DNA from: Peribolospora baueri
Taxonomy: Eukaryota
Assembly: GCA_029717555.1 (NCBI GenBank)
Contig: JAMDHS010000044.1
Span: 124,001-177,287, forward strand
Length of the DNA: 53,287 nt
Direction: 5' to 3'
Shown: positions 35,724-48,581 of the stretch, piece by piece
Layout: each line of letters starts with the position of its first letter
Numbering within the stretch: the first letter of the stretch is position 1
Position numbers and translations under genes: made by a program
The notes under the pieces: model-generated
The model's input: only the letters and a program-made list of their open reading frames with translations
The model's database searches: none
Told to the model about the DNA's origin: nothing

Positions 35724-37471
35724 CTAAAAGACGCCAGTGCACGTCAACACTCCGTTGGCATATAACCCGGTGACGACAAGCGAGCCGGAATGGGGGTCCC
35801 ATACGCCGGTCGTGCTGGTAGGGAAGACGCAGTCGGCGCCTCCTTTGCCCTGATACAAGGTCCGAACAGTGTACCCTTCGCCGCCGCTCATCCACAAGGA
35901 CCGGCCATTCGCCGGTACCGGTGCGGAGTCAGATTCGTTCGCCTCTCTCGGGGCCGAGGAGGCGCGGGGGGTGATGGACACCACCCACGACGGGGCGGCC
36001 TTGGAGGGATTGTAGGGATCCTTGGCCATCGCTATGAGGTGCAAGCCGTAAGGGTGTCCAGCGGCCACGAGAGCCGCTCCTCCAAAGTCGAAGCTCAAGG
36101 CCGGGTCCGAACGCGAGCTCGAAGAGGAGCTAGAGCTGTCGTGTGCGCGAGCGCGAGCGTCGGCGTCTTCTTGGACGGCGACGCGATGATCACCGGCGTA
36201 CTCCTTGGTGAAACCGATGTTATCGATGGTGAATGGCACGGGGATCTTGGCGACCGCTCTCGTAAGGCGCCTCCCGAACGACGTTTTTGCGCCTTTGCTG
36301 TCGCCGTCGCTGTCGCCGACCTGTTGCCGTTCAAACAGGTGCACGCTCAGGCCCGTCGAGGCAGCGACTGCGAGGAACTTGCCGTTGGGCGAGATGGCCA
36401 GGCCGTTAGCGAACGGAATGCCCCTGGCCACTGTCTCCACCTCGACGTTGTCGCTCCTCATCTGGCCGGCCTCCTGCTCCTTGGAAACAGGCGAGGAAGC
36501 GGTTGAATCGTTGAAAGTGACAAAGGAGACGGAGCCGCCGGGGAGTCCGAGAAGCGTCTCGACGTGGTTAAACGCCTTAAAGAGAGCCCATTGGGAGCGT
36601 TTGGTGAAGAGGTGGTCTTCGCTAAGATAGAAGGAGGTGGGAGTAACGAAAGCGACGGAGTTGGGCGCGCGGATCTTGGGATGTCGAAGGGAGCGGACGA
36701 CTGTCGGATCAGGAAGGAGGAAGGGCAAGGAAGGGGAGCGGATTCAGTGAAGCGACGGAGAAACCAGCGCCAGCAAACTCACACTTTGCCCGATAAGAGG
36801 TCGTCATAGTGCTTTCTGGCATGACGTCCCCTCCATTTATGCTCGACTCGTGTTGGTACAGCTTGAACACGTCCACGGTGCTGCAGTCTCTCTGGTGATT
36901 AACGACGAGCAGCGTGGCGCTCCGCTCGCTCCCCTCCAAAGGCACATCGTCGGTGAGCACGGACATTCCGAGTGGGTGGAAATCGTGACCGGCGGGTAAA
37001 CCTTCGAGAGCAACGGGCACCGGCTTTGAGTCCTTTCCAGGGGTGACGGTTGTGGAGAGCACCCACAACGCCCCGCGAGGCTCCGGGTCACGCAGCGGGC
37101 CCATGACGGTATTCCAGTTGGGTCTTCCGGGATCGCAGGCAAGAATGGCGGCGTCGGCGGCGGGCCACGCTATCCCGTCTTCGCAGAAGCCGAACTTCTG
37201 ACCGATGAGCGCTTGCGACGCTTTGGGGGTGTGGACGACATGGCAGGACGCGGTGGTGTTGTCGGTCGTCGCGCCCGGGTGGGAGGAAACGAAGGAGAGC
37301 GAGAGCTTGGGGGCCGGGCCTAGTTGGAGATACAGCCAGCGGGCATGGTAGAGAAGAAGAGCGAGAAGGACGGCCTGGTCGGACGACGGACGGGTGAGAT
37401 GGAGGCGGTTTGCGGACGGGTTGCGAGATGTATGCGCTCACCTGGACGCTCAACCAAGAAAGACGGGGCAT
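35724..37471 (-). CDS. Paraoxonase/arylesterase-like six-bladed beta-propeller with N-terminal hydrophobic anchor
   Basis: FCED, CDPGRPNWNTVMGPL, FHPLGM, LLVVNH, APNSVAFVTPTSFYLSEDH, GIPFANGLAISPNG and FTIDNI. Two introns. Confidence 0.88.
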
Positions 37472-37713
37472 GGTGCGCTGGAGTATCGAAGCGGTGAAGG
37501 GAGTGAGGGGACGTTGGTGAGGAAGGGGGTGAGTGGAGTGAGAGACGACGACGAGGACAGCGACGACCGACTTGCTGTTCCTTGCCCGCCTCTGGTCATG
37601 ATGATGTTTGAGGTTTGTCTCGAATTGAATGAATGCATTGGCTCGACGGCGTCCGCCGTCGCCGATCACGTCACCCATCCCCCACCGACCCCGACCCCGA
37701 CGACGACGGACGA

Positions 37714-39117
37714 ATGGCGGCGACGACGTCGGCGCACGACATTGCGCATGATCTGCAGGAGGCCACCTCTTCCTTTCTCCGCCTAGCAGTATCTACGGAT
37801 GATCACCACGACAGCCCTAGACACCCGGCGGTGGGTGCGTCCGCGGCGCGGGGCGGAGCGAAGGGCAACGGCGCTTCCAAGCTCTCGAGACTGCCGGCGG
37901 ATGCGGAAGACGGAGTGAGACCATCGTCGGCAAGGTCGCACATGGCCCCTGGTTCACGCAAAGCTGCTCTCGCTCCGCCCATAACCGCCCTGCCGGACGG
38001 AGGCCTCCACGCAAAAGGCAAACAGAAGGAAAGGAGAGCGGACGCCGAGGAACAAGACCCGTGGAAGACGTTGGAGGCTCTGGCGGAGCGAGCAAGAAGC
38101 AAGACGGACTCGCTGGGGAAGGAGCTGGGTAGGGAGCTGTTCATGAAAAAGCAGAGGGCGGCGGCGGCGGAGGAGGAGGAGGAAGAGGAAGAAGAAGAGG
38201 AAGGGAGCCGCGGCGAGCGGTATGTGGGTGGTGGTGGTAGTGTTGGTGGTGTTGGCACGTCTCCGTCCTCGTCGTCAGTCTCGCCATTGCCGTCAACGAC
38301 TTCATCACCCTCACCGATGGCAAGCGGCCCCACCTCTCTCTCTCGCCGGTCGTCCACATCCTCCTCCGCTCGCGCCGTCGGTGGCTCCCGCAAACTCTCG
38401 CACGCTCGACGGGCGTCCACGGCGAGCATCGGCTCGGCCTCGCTCCGCTCCCTCTCTCCGCGCTCCTCCCTAGTCTCCTTGCCGGCCTCCAGTTTTGCCC
38501 CATCCAGCTCTTCCAGGAGCGTCAGCGGCAGGAGAGGAGGAAGCTCGGCGTGGGATGACGACACCGCCGGGAGTTTCGTGAGGGAGGTCAGCGTGAGGGG
38601 CTTCCACTTCGTGGGGGAGAAAGTAGGAGGGTGGGTCGTTTACGATGTCATCGTCTTTACAAAGCAGGTGCGTGCTCGATCCATCATATCATAACTCTCC
38701 GTCCTCCATCTCGACTCTTCGTCTGACACGGAATACTACGACGTGCCACGTCGTTTGTTTATCAGGGTCAGACCATCCGAGCTCTCCGACGTTACCGCTC
38801 TTTCGTCCAGCTGCGTAAGGATCTCATCCGACTCTTTCCCGTAAGCGCACCGCCTTCTTCATTCTCTCCTTCGCTCCACAGATACTGAACTCCGCTTGTC
38901 TTCCCGTCGCTCCCTCTCGCAGTCCCTCTCCCCACCCATCCCCTCCTTACCTCCACGCCGGGTGACGGCAAAGTACCGGCCCTCATACCTCGAGCTGCGA
39001 AGAAGACAGCTCCAGCTTTGGCTCAACATCGTCCTGCTTCACCCCGACGAGCGCGTAAGTGGAGGAGAGGTCGTGCGCCGGTGGTTGCTCGACAGGGAAG
39101 ATGGAGGGGCCGGTTGA
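37714..39117 (+). CDS. YPT35: PX-domain protein, Ypt35-like
   Basis: A disordered N-terminus precedes a C-terminal PX domain: WVVYDVIVFTKQ|GQTIRALRRYRSFVQLRKDL...FP|...IPSLPPR...KYRPSYLELRRRQLQLWLNIVLLHP. An in-frame upstream ATG at 37633 is possible. Confidence 0.8.
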
Positions 39118-39366
39118 CGAAAATTCGCTAGATTCGTACCTCGGGTCTCGGATGGTTTGGAAAATACCTTTGGAAGGAACAGCCGGCCTGCCATTGCGAT
39201 TGCGTCGTGCAGAACGGAGGAGACTCTTTTATTTCTTGGCGCGATCGCACTGTTCGTTCATCCGGACCGTGATACTGTCCGACCTCCTCCTCCTACCGCC
39301 ACAACATCTGCGGGCGCTCGGCGGCAGCGGCTTCGACCCTATTGATAAGTACACCGAGCAGCCTTC

Positions 39367-42300
39367 TCAAAACACCTGGCCGCTGAGGATGTCCTGGCGG
39401 TCGCCGAGGAAAAACACCGGGATGGTGGACATGTTGACGGGCACGTTGATGGCTTGGCCGCCGGCATAAGTCTCATTTGTCCACCTTGGTTTGGGGGGAG
39501 GGGCGCAGAGGGGGGGGGGGACAAGCAGCAGGGAAGCCAGTTCGTCAGCTCAGAGAAGTGGCCAAGAAACGTCGAGATGCAGCAAAGCCAGGTTGAGCTC
39601 CCACCAGTCTGTCCACGGCTTGGTGCCGTTCTGACCCGTCTTGGGCAGGTACACCTTCCATGAGGTGACGTTGGGCGCGGTGACGGGCGCGATGAGCATG
39701 CGCGGGCCGAACATGTATTGCCTGTCCAGACACACCCGCAATCAAACGGTAAGCAGCGTAGGAATTTGTCGACCGATCCGCTCTCGCATCTCTCTGCCTG
39801 CGCTCCGTTTCACGGCGCGCCGCGGGCACTCACTGCGTGGTGAAATTGGCGTTCTCGGCGGTCCACTTGGGAACGTTTTCGTCCGTCTTTCCAAAGTCCA
39901 TGAAGAGCGGTCTCATGATCATCCGACCCGTCTGGTGGAGCTGGGTGAATAGCGCCTTGATGTACGGCTTGAGAGTGTAGCGGAGCTCGATGAACTGCAA
40001 CGCCGGCCGTCGCGACGGTGAAGGTATTCCATCAGATAACCGTGCGAACGAAAAAAGGACGGGCAAGGATAGATACTCACGGACTTGATGATGGGAGTGT
40101 TCTGTGCTCCGTACGCCCAAGGTTCGTTGTTGCACGTGTAGGCATCCTGGAAGTTGCAGGCCCTGCTGCCGTGGACTCGCATGAACGGGAGGAAGGTGCC
40201 CCACTGACTGTGAGAGGTGAATTTCGCATTGAAGGCCAAGGAAATCAACTCGTCAGGGGCACAAGCCGCGGCAAGAAACACCTGGCTTGAGTCGGTAGGA
40301 AAGGAGCCCTCACAGCCAGCGAACGAAGAGTTGACGGTACTGTTGATGCGCAAGGCGGCAAAGCATCGCCGTCAGTGTCGTACAAGGCCAGCTTGGCCAC
40401 AAGCGCATTGAGCTCACCTCGGGAGTGTCAATGTTCCCGCTCCAAGGTACTGTTGGGTCAGTCTGGAATCCACCGATATCAAGGGTCCACCAACCAAGGC
40501 CGGTCGCGGCCATGGACAGTCCGGCAGGGATCTGGTTGCGGATCGTCTGCAGACGGCGAGATGAAGGGAAGGTAAAATAGTTAGCAACCTCGCCATATAC
40601 ACGGGAAGACGTGTCGTGTCGCCAAGCTTGCGGGAAGAGGAGGCAAAGTCGACCACGTACCTCCCAGACGCTCGTAGTATCTCCGCTCCAAACCAGAGAG
40701 CAATGCCTCTGACCACCGGTATAGGTGCTCCTTGAAAGACTGACATATTGACACTGCGGGTCCTCGGCGCTCGACTTGGTCGCGTTTCGCTGTCCCTCGT
40801 CGATGGCCTTTTGATGGAGCCAGGGGTACATTTTGCCCGCGCCTTCTTGGCTGCCTATTGCGTAGAGGGCGTAGGGACGGGAAAAGGGAATAGACGTGAT
40901 GAGAGGAGACTGACCGTTGTTCTCCCATGCTTCACCGAGAGCGCCGCCGTCCGCCTGGTCGATCTGAATTAGTGAGACGTACGAAACAGTGCATGCTAAG
41001 TCTCTGTTTCAACTAAAAATAAGAAGACTGTGACGAATGAGATGCACACCCAAAAGTTGTGAATGCCATATTGATAGTAGTTCTTGTAAAGCGTATCCCA
41101 TAAGAACTTGCGAGCATATGGATTGGTGCTGTCGCTGCACTCGACAGACGTAGGTTTTGAAGAACAGGAACATGTATTAGAGAGGCAGGACAGCTTCAGA
41201 AATGATCTCTGTGCTGGCCTTCTTTCCCACTTACATCAAGCGCGTGTAAGATCCATTGAAGCTGTTTCCGAGCGGCGAGGACTGATCAGATCTCCAGGGT
41301 TCTGAAGGATCGCTCTCTTTCCATATTCTCACCTATCCGTCACACCTGTGCCATCGCGAGTCCCCGCCAAAAGCCCTTGTGTGATGAGCTCGTTATAGTT
41401 GACGGAGTCATCAGCTGTGGGAAAAGAAACAAGAGTGAGCATCGGTTTGTCCAAAAAGCCGAGGGCGGAGAGGCTCCGCCTTCTGCTCACCCACTGAAGG
41501 CCATAACGAAACCATGAGCTCCGCTCCAGTCAGGTCCTTGACATCCCGGGCCATGGCCGCAGGATCAGGCCATAGATCCTGCTGGAAGCCCCTGCAAGGA
41601 GACAAAATGGATGGGGGGAAGCCGTTTGTGAGACGACCTTTGGGCGTCGTGCATGCGTCAGCCAGAAAGCTCACCAGTCGCCCTGATGAGCCCAGTTGAA
41701 GTAGTCGATCACAATCTAATGAAGGCAAAGAAGGGAAGGGGAGGAATGGAAAGTGCACATCAACACATTCGACCCCGGCTTCATCAATGCATTGGCGCTT
41801 CCGAGATCCCCACCATAGCGACGGGAATGCCATACTGCTGGAACTTCTTCGCAATGTTCTCGACCTCGGTCTGGTTTTCATACCGGAGCTTGCTCTGGAT
41901 GTAGCCGAGGCTGAAGTCGGGCGGGAGTGGCGCGCGGCCTGTGGCTGCCGTGTAGCGCTGTTGGAGGATGTCGTAGTCACCGGGCTCGGCGGCGGTGCTG
42001 AGATTGGATGGGGGAAAGAAAATCGGTGATGAGATTGGCGGATGGAGTGGTATCATAGATACCAATTAAGAGACTTACACGTAGTAGTCGACGACCTGTT
42101 TCAAATGCGACCGCATGAGAGAAATACGAGGGGCAACCAGGACCAGACGATGGGTCAAGGCCTGCAGAAAAGCAAACGTCTTCAAGCAGAAAGATATTCG
42201 ATAGAGGGAACGGCACTCACGTTCGTCTCGGAACTGACAAAACGGTTGCGCAAGGGGCTGAACTCCATTCGACCTTCAGAAGGCAAGTTCTGGAAGCATG

Positions 42301-43546
42301 CAATAGGAAAATAGACCGGTCATTATTGAGCAGAACCACATTGCCGCGAAGACGTCGGCCTTACTTACCCATGCAAACAGATAGCCCTTGTGGTGGAGAA
42401 GTGGGTTTGGTAATGAGAGACTTTTTCGTGTAGGTCAGGGCGATCGACTAGGGAGTGAACCGACCTTGTTCGACATGTACACGGGCACCGGAATGTACGA
42501 GCTACAGAGCAACAGTCGGATAGGCAAAGTCAGCCAAGCCTTCGGTGCTCCCTGCTGAGTTCAGACAGCAGAGGCGATACGCACTGCAAGCGCAGACAAA
42601 GCAAGGACGTCAGCTCAAGCACGCTTTCCGCACGTAGTTTTGAAGTCGATCGGGACAGTTCACCTTCCAGTTCAACAAATCCAAACTCTGTCCCTTCTGG
42701 TTCAGCCTAAAGTCCTGGTGCTGGCCCGTGCCGTAGACCTGTTCATCAGGTGAGGAGGTGAAGCTGAACTCGGCCGCAAAGCTAGAAGTGGCCCAGCTCC
42801 ATCGGTAATAGCGAGGGTTGAGCGCTTTGACGGGGCGGTACTCGTTCAGGATCACCGTGCTCGTGCCATTCGGTTCGACGCGGTCAAAGGTAAGAGTGTA
42901 CTGCGTTAGAGTCGAAAGCCAGGCCGGGTCCGGTCAAGATGAGCGCAACTCCAAAGACGGACGAGGGTTTTCCACTCGATCGAAACGCTCACTCCGTCCG
43001 TCCTGGCGATCATGTTGCCATTCCTGATCGCCGCATACTGGGTGCCGTTCAAAAAGGTGTCATAGCTCATCCCCCTCGCCTTCCCACCCTCAGGACCTTC
43101 GAGCGGCGGATCATAAAGCAAGCTGATCTCATTGCCGGTCGGGGGGCGGTAGACCCAGGTACGCACACGGAAACCGTCGTAGCCGAAGGGCTGAACTAAG
43201 ACTTTCTCGAAACCGTGGTTGATGAGGAAGCCTTCCAGGAGCGATGCGACGGGGTATGCGGGAGACGAAGAAGGAATGGGCAGGAAGACGTTTTAATACG
43301 AAGGTTGGCCAGAGGTTGGTCTGGCGAGGAGCAACGCATACCGGTGGAATTGGGCTGGACATAGCCCGTCGTGTCCGAAGCGCGCTCGACGGGGAAAGAG
43401 TTGGGCTGGACATAGCCCGTCGTGTCTGAACCGCGTTCGACGGGGAAAGGGTCGTTCGGCGAGGGCAAGATGCCTGCGGACGCTAGGCCGAGGAAGAAGA
43501 GAAGAGCCGCCGAGGCGACGGTAATGCGCGGCAACAAGGAACGCAT
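39367..43546 (-). CDS. Secreted glycoside hydrolase family 31 (alpha-xylosidase/alpha-glucosidase-like)
   Basis: A signal peptide is followed by VYGTGQHQD, YIQSKLRY, IVIDYFNW, the nucleophile region FW|IDQADGG, the acid/base WSGDT, WWTLDIGGF, FMRVHGSR and MIMRPLFMDF, ending IPVF...GQVF*. Many introns, including a stwintron. Confidence 0.94.
42502..42664 (-). other. Stwintron ([D1,2] nested spliceosomal intron) in the GH31 gene
   Basis: The internal intron 42663-42584 (GTGAAC...GCTGAC...CAG) splits the external donor G|TGCGT. The external intron has GCTGAC and ends at TAG 42502. Confidence 0.8.
43347..43448 (-). repeat. 51-nt tandem duplication in GH31 exon 1 (FPVERGSDTTGYVQPNS / FPVERASDTTGYVQPNS)
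   Basis: 43347-43397 and 43398-43448 differ at 4 positions. Confidence 0.95.
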
Positions 43547-44609
43547 CCGAGTCTGCAAGCGGTGCGCAAGAGATATCAGCTCGTAGGACCTCGCACCTCT
43601 CTTTCTCCTGGGAATACAAAATTGTACGAAAGCTCCCAGCCGCCGGACTTTATATGAGCAGGAACGCAAAGAGATCAGCGCGAGAGACGTCAAGAGATCA
43701 GCGCGAGGGACGTAAGAGATCAGCGTTTGCGCTAGTCGGAGATGTTGTGGTGATACCGGCGGTGCCGGCGCAGGCTCGGTGTGCCATTCGGACCGAACGC
43801 CGGCGATGTGGAACCCTACTTTCCTTACAGCCCCTGGTGGCTCTCTTTGCGTTTTGGTGTGCCACTGTTGAGTCTATAAGAAGGCATCGTGGCGTGGCTG
43901 GTGTAGCAGATAGTCGGTCATAAGATTTGCCGACGGACACGCACAGGGCAGAACGTAACGGTGTGCGCCGCAGCCCTCGGACCGATGGGCCGACCGGAGT
44001 GCTATAGTCGTCGCTCTTCAATTTCATGTCTCTCTCGCCTTGCCTCGCCTCGTCTTTGCGCTCCTTTCCTGCTTGTCCTGGCGCTTCTCTTGCTCTTGTC
44101 GTCGGCCATAGGTGAAGGGCTTCGCCTCGAAAACACGAGCGACGGACGGCAGAGCGCGGTTGCCGGACTGCGGGGGCCAAAAGGAACGCCTAGGTAGACC
44201 CGAGTGCATGGTTTGACGCAACGCTGCCAGAAGGACACCTGCAAATCCAAAACAGATACGTACTGGAACCTGGTGGGAAGATGGCACGGAGTGAGGACGA
44301 GCGGACTGTAGTGTCCTTGTCCTTCCAGCCGGTCTCTCATACTCCGGTCACTGCGTGGAAAGCGAGGTGCGGGGTCGGCGCAGAGCGGATATAGGCGGCC
44401 GTAAAGGGGCCATGGGGCTGTGGCCCTCGTGGGCGCTTTCGACTGCGGCGACTCCCGCGATGGCGATCGTGCGTGCGAGTGTCAAGCTGAGCACGACGAC
44501 CGACCGAACTGCGTATCGTTCTCTCCTTCCACGTCTCCCCGCTCTTTGCCACGCACGCTTTCTTCCCTCCACGACAGGACGAAGCAAAGCACGAGAACTC
44601 TGCGCAGCC

Positions 44610-47600
44610 ATGTTCAAGGCACCCAATCCCTACGTGAGATCTCGTCGTCGCCTCAACCTCGAGCTCCACAAAGATAGACGGACAGACGCTGACGCCGTCG
44701 TCCGATTGGCACGCCGATCTCTCCTGTCGTCTTTCCCTAAACATGATGTGTGATGCACCCCATTTGACGGTTCCAGGACGATGTCGTTCTGAAGGCGACC
44801 GATGAGAACCTCACCAGCGAGGATTGGGAGCTCAACATCGACGTGTGCGATCGCGTGCAGAACGAGGATGAGGTCGGGTGAGTGGGTGGGCACGCACGGG
44901 AATGCGCCGGGCGGAATCCTTTAAAGACGATTCTCTCTCCGGAGTTGCTGCTGACCTATGCTTTGACCCGTGCACCCTCAAGCGCCCGCAATTGCGTTGC
45001 GGCGGTTCAGAAGCGCCTGACGCATCGCAATGCCAACGTCCAGCTCTATTCTCTGACGGTGAGCAGGCCTCGGCCCTCATCACGTGTCCGGCCAAACATG
45101 TAATCACTGTCTTCAGACTCGCACTCACGAAATTCCACATTAATGCTCGCACCCTTATCCCTTCCGTCGTTGTTCCATTCACCCCGACTCAGCTCGCAGA
45201 CGCGCTCTCAAAGAACTGTGGACTGATCGTCAACCGCGAGTTGGCGTCTAAAGCGTTCACGCAGACGCTCCAGCGTATTGTGACGGATAGGGTGAGTTTG
45301 CGGGTCAACTCTGGTTTTCTACGTCATCTCGGGGAATGGTAGCGTGGGAAGATGGGGCCGCCACGTCGGCCGTCTGAGGTGCCACGTCGGCAGTAGGAAG
45401 ATTCGAAAGGGAAGGCTTACGTTCAGGCGATGTCTTTCTTGCCTCCTGTACTTCCTTTCTCCATCCATCACCATCTCTTCTTTTGCTGTCACACCCATTC
45501 AGAATACGCATGCGTTTGTTAGGCAGCGGATCTTGCAGCTGATCAAGCAGTGGGCGAATGAGTTCCGCGAGGACGAGAGTTTGGGCATCATGGAGGAAAC
45601 ATACGAAACACTGAAGAGTCAGAGTAGGTACACGTTCCAGTTCCTCGAAAGAGGCAAGCTTCGGAGAGCCTATTTCGTTGATTGTTTTGTTTGCCCTTAC
45701 CATGCACTGGTCAAATTCACAGACTACAGCTTCGACGTGGAAGAACCAGCCCCTGTGGAACCGTCGGTCGAAGAGCTTCGCAAGGAGGACGAAGAGCTGC
45801 GGCGCGTCCTCGAGCTCTCCGTCCACGATCAAGGCGGCCGACAAGCCTGGTTGAAGTACTACGAGAAGGAGCAGCAGCAGAAGCAGGAGCAGCAAGCCAG
45901 CGCGAGCGGATCGGGGACGAGCGTTGGTGCCCACGCGACGCCTAATCCTCCCTCCTCAGTTGCCGCCGCCCCCGGCTACGTGCCCGGTCCCGCGCCGGTC
46001 AGGCAGCAGAGCCTGGCTTCCGTCCCTGCCGCCGATTCGCGCACCCAGGCCGCCCCCATCTCCACTACCGTCGCTGCGGCAGCAACGACTTCCACATCGG
46101 TGGCTTCGACCACCTCCCCAACTTCCCCCGGATCCTCTGGTGCGAACAAGCCCAGCGTGTCGCGCGTGCGCGCACTCTACGACTTCCAGCCCACGGAGCA
46201 GGGCGAGCTGGCTTTCCAGAAGGGAGATGTGGTTCGCGTGATCGAGTCAGCGTACAAGGATTGGTGGCGGGGGGAGCTCAAAGGCCAGACGGGTATCTTC
46301 CCCGTCAACTATGTCGTGAGTGATCGCTCGCGCCCTTCCCCTTCGCCCTATTTCGACTCTGATCTTACTTCCTTGTCTTCCTTTCCCTCTGTTTATGTTT
46401 TATAGGAGAAGCTTGCCGATCCGACGCCCGCAGAGCTGGCTAAGGATGCGCAGATGGAGGCCCTCGTCTTCGGTCAGGCTGCCAACATCGATCGTCTCTT
46501 GAGCCTTCTTAGGGGTCTCGACCCGCGCAAGGATAATTTGGCTGAGAATGAGGAGCTGCAGGTGTGTGGTGCTGCTGCGAACTGAGTTTTCTCATCTCTT
46601 CTTTTTTTCTTACAAAGAGTTTACCCGCTTTTCCGCACACCCCCACTTCCTACAGGATCTCTACCAAATCTCCCTCGCCCTCCGCCCGAAGATCGTCCGA
46701 CTGATCGACAAGTACAGTCAAAAGATGGCGGATCTGAAGAGCATGAACGAGAAGTTTGTCACCGCACGCAGTACCTTCGATCGGATGATGGAGGAGAGCT
46801 TGGCCAAGTATAATCCCCGTGGTGAGTCGGTGCTTCTCGCCTTTGCTTTGGAAATTGCACATGTGAAGAACAGGTCGGGCCCGGTGGATGAACTGGCTGA
46901 CATGCTCCGCTTTGCGCTTTTCTTAGCCGCCGCCTCCGACTATATCCAGGTGCGCTCTGGGTACCCACAGTCAGGTTACGGTTACGCCTCGCCCGGCCAG
47001 CAAGAGGCCTACGCAGCCTACTATGCTGCTCAGCAGGGCCAGTCTCAAGCTCAACAGGCGGCTGAGGCTCAGCGACAAACTTACGCTACATACGCCCAGG
47101 GTCAACCTCAGGGCGGGTACGACTACAGCGCTTACTACCAGCAGGCGCAGCAGGGCCAACAGCAGGCTTATCAGCAACAGGTAAGCAGCGTAGTGGATGT
47201 TCCGTCCGGACGGATATGGAAATCTGGCGGAGAACGGTTGTGCTGACACGTTTGCACGTCCTTTGTGCACTTCCGTTCTTCCCCCCGCCGTGCTTGCGAC
47301 GTCTCACAACAGGCTAGTCAGGATGCGTACGCTGCTTGGTACGCCGCCCAGAGCGCTAACGCGTAAGTAACTCCTACGGGGATGGCGGATAATTCCTGCA
47401 CGGTACTCCTTCTCGACCTTATACAACATTCGTTCGTTCGCGGAGGACTTGAAGCTGAGTAGAATCAAATTGTTTTATGGTAGCGTGCAAGTCGCTCAGC
47501 AGCAACAGCAGCAACAGCAGCAGCAGCAGCAGCAGCAGTATCAACAGCAGCAACAGGAGCAGCCGCAACAGCAGCCAACTGGGGCGAATGGGTACGGTTA

Positions 47601-48261
47601 CCTACAGTACGGCACTCCAGCCCTGAACGTGCAAGAAGCCACCCCTACCTCCCCGGTTGGGACAGTCGGGCCGATGTCTCAGCAGTCAGGCCAAGTCGCT
47701 TACGCTTCGGGGGAGCAGCAGCAGCCAACCGTTGGCAGCCCTTCTCACGCCTACGCCACCGCCAGTCAGCAGCCTGTCCAGTCTAACTACACGCAGCAGC
47801 CCGTCGGCCCTCAGCCTCAGACCTATCCCTCCTCGGGCGTCAACCCCAGCTCCCAGCAGCCTGACCAATCGACCTATCCCCACCAAGGGCAAGTGCAGCA
47901 GCAGCCCGCTGGATCTCAGACGCATGTCTACCCCGCTCTGCAGCCAGACCAGACCGCCTACACACACCAAGGGCAAGTGCAACAGCAAGCCGCTGGATCT
48001 CAGGCGCAAGCCTACCCCAGTAGACATCCGGACCAGACCACCTACACACACCAAGGTCAAGTTCAGCAGCCATCCGCTGGATCTCATCCGCAAACCTCGC
48101 CCACTCAGCAGGTTGATCAGACCGCGCACGCGCTGCAGCAGCTGCAGCTGCAGCCCGGAGGAAGCGAAGCGCAGGCCTACGCTGTCTCCGTCACCGGCGC
48201 TACTGCTACTGCTGCGGAAACCCCGGCGACGACCGCTGTAGCGATGACGTCCCCGCAGTAG
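44610..48261 (+). CDS. HSE1: ESCRT-0 subunit Hse1/STAM (VHS-UIM-SH3-GAT, Q/Y/P-rich tail)
   Basis: [31 protein letters not shown] and [28 protein letters not shown]3: VRALYDF...[38 protein letters not shown]. Confidence 0.95.
47857..48132 (+). repeat. 84-nt (28-aa) coding tandem repeat, about 3.3 copies, in the HSE1 tail
   Basis: Units begin at 47857, 47941, 48025 and 48109, with consensus (Q/H)PDQ(S/T)xY(P/T)HQGQVQQxxAGS. Confidence 0.9.
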
Positions 48262-48581
48262 TGGTAGTGAACGCCTTCTTTTCTCGACTTGGCTTATCAC
48301 TTCTATGACTCGGATCTTCTGAATCGATCGATCGACCTTGCATGTTTTTATTCCCCTCTCGACTAGCCTTGCTTTCTTCTCTCATTCGTCGTTACTATAC
48401 CATCTTAGCCTGCCTTCTTCTCCGCCCGCCCGAACGTTTTTTAAGCGTACGTCGCGGCGATGCCGAGTTTCTTACAGCGCCGGCCGGCCGGCAAGCAACA
48501 AACATACAGGATCGCGTCCAGAGAAGAGTAGGAAAGAGATCGGTCTACAACTTGCATTGGCCATGTCCCTATGTCACATGT

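Noticed and set aside
40856..40914. Intron-like GTCAGT...pyrimidine-rich...CAATAG segment in GH31
   Set aside because: It reads through in frame as GQSPLITSIPFSRPYALYAIG, similar to the segment I recall in homologues, and has no clear branch point. Treated as exon.
27683..43546. TRP5, OPT, esterase and GH31 as a possible metabolic gene cluster
   Set aside because: There is no backbone biosynthetic enzyme or pathway regulator, and housekeeping genes are interspersed, consistent with ordinary gene order.
45360..45391. Tandem GCCACGTCGGC x2 in an HSE1 intron
   Set aside because: A short local duplication in GC-rich intron sequence with no further structure.
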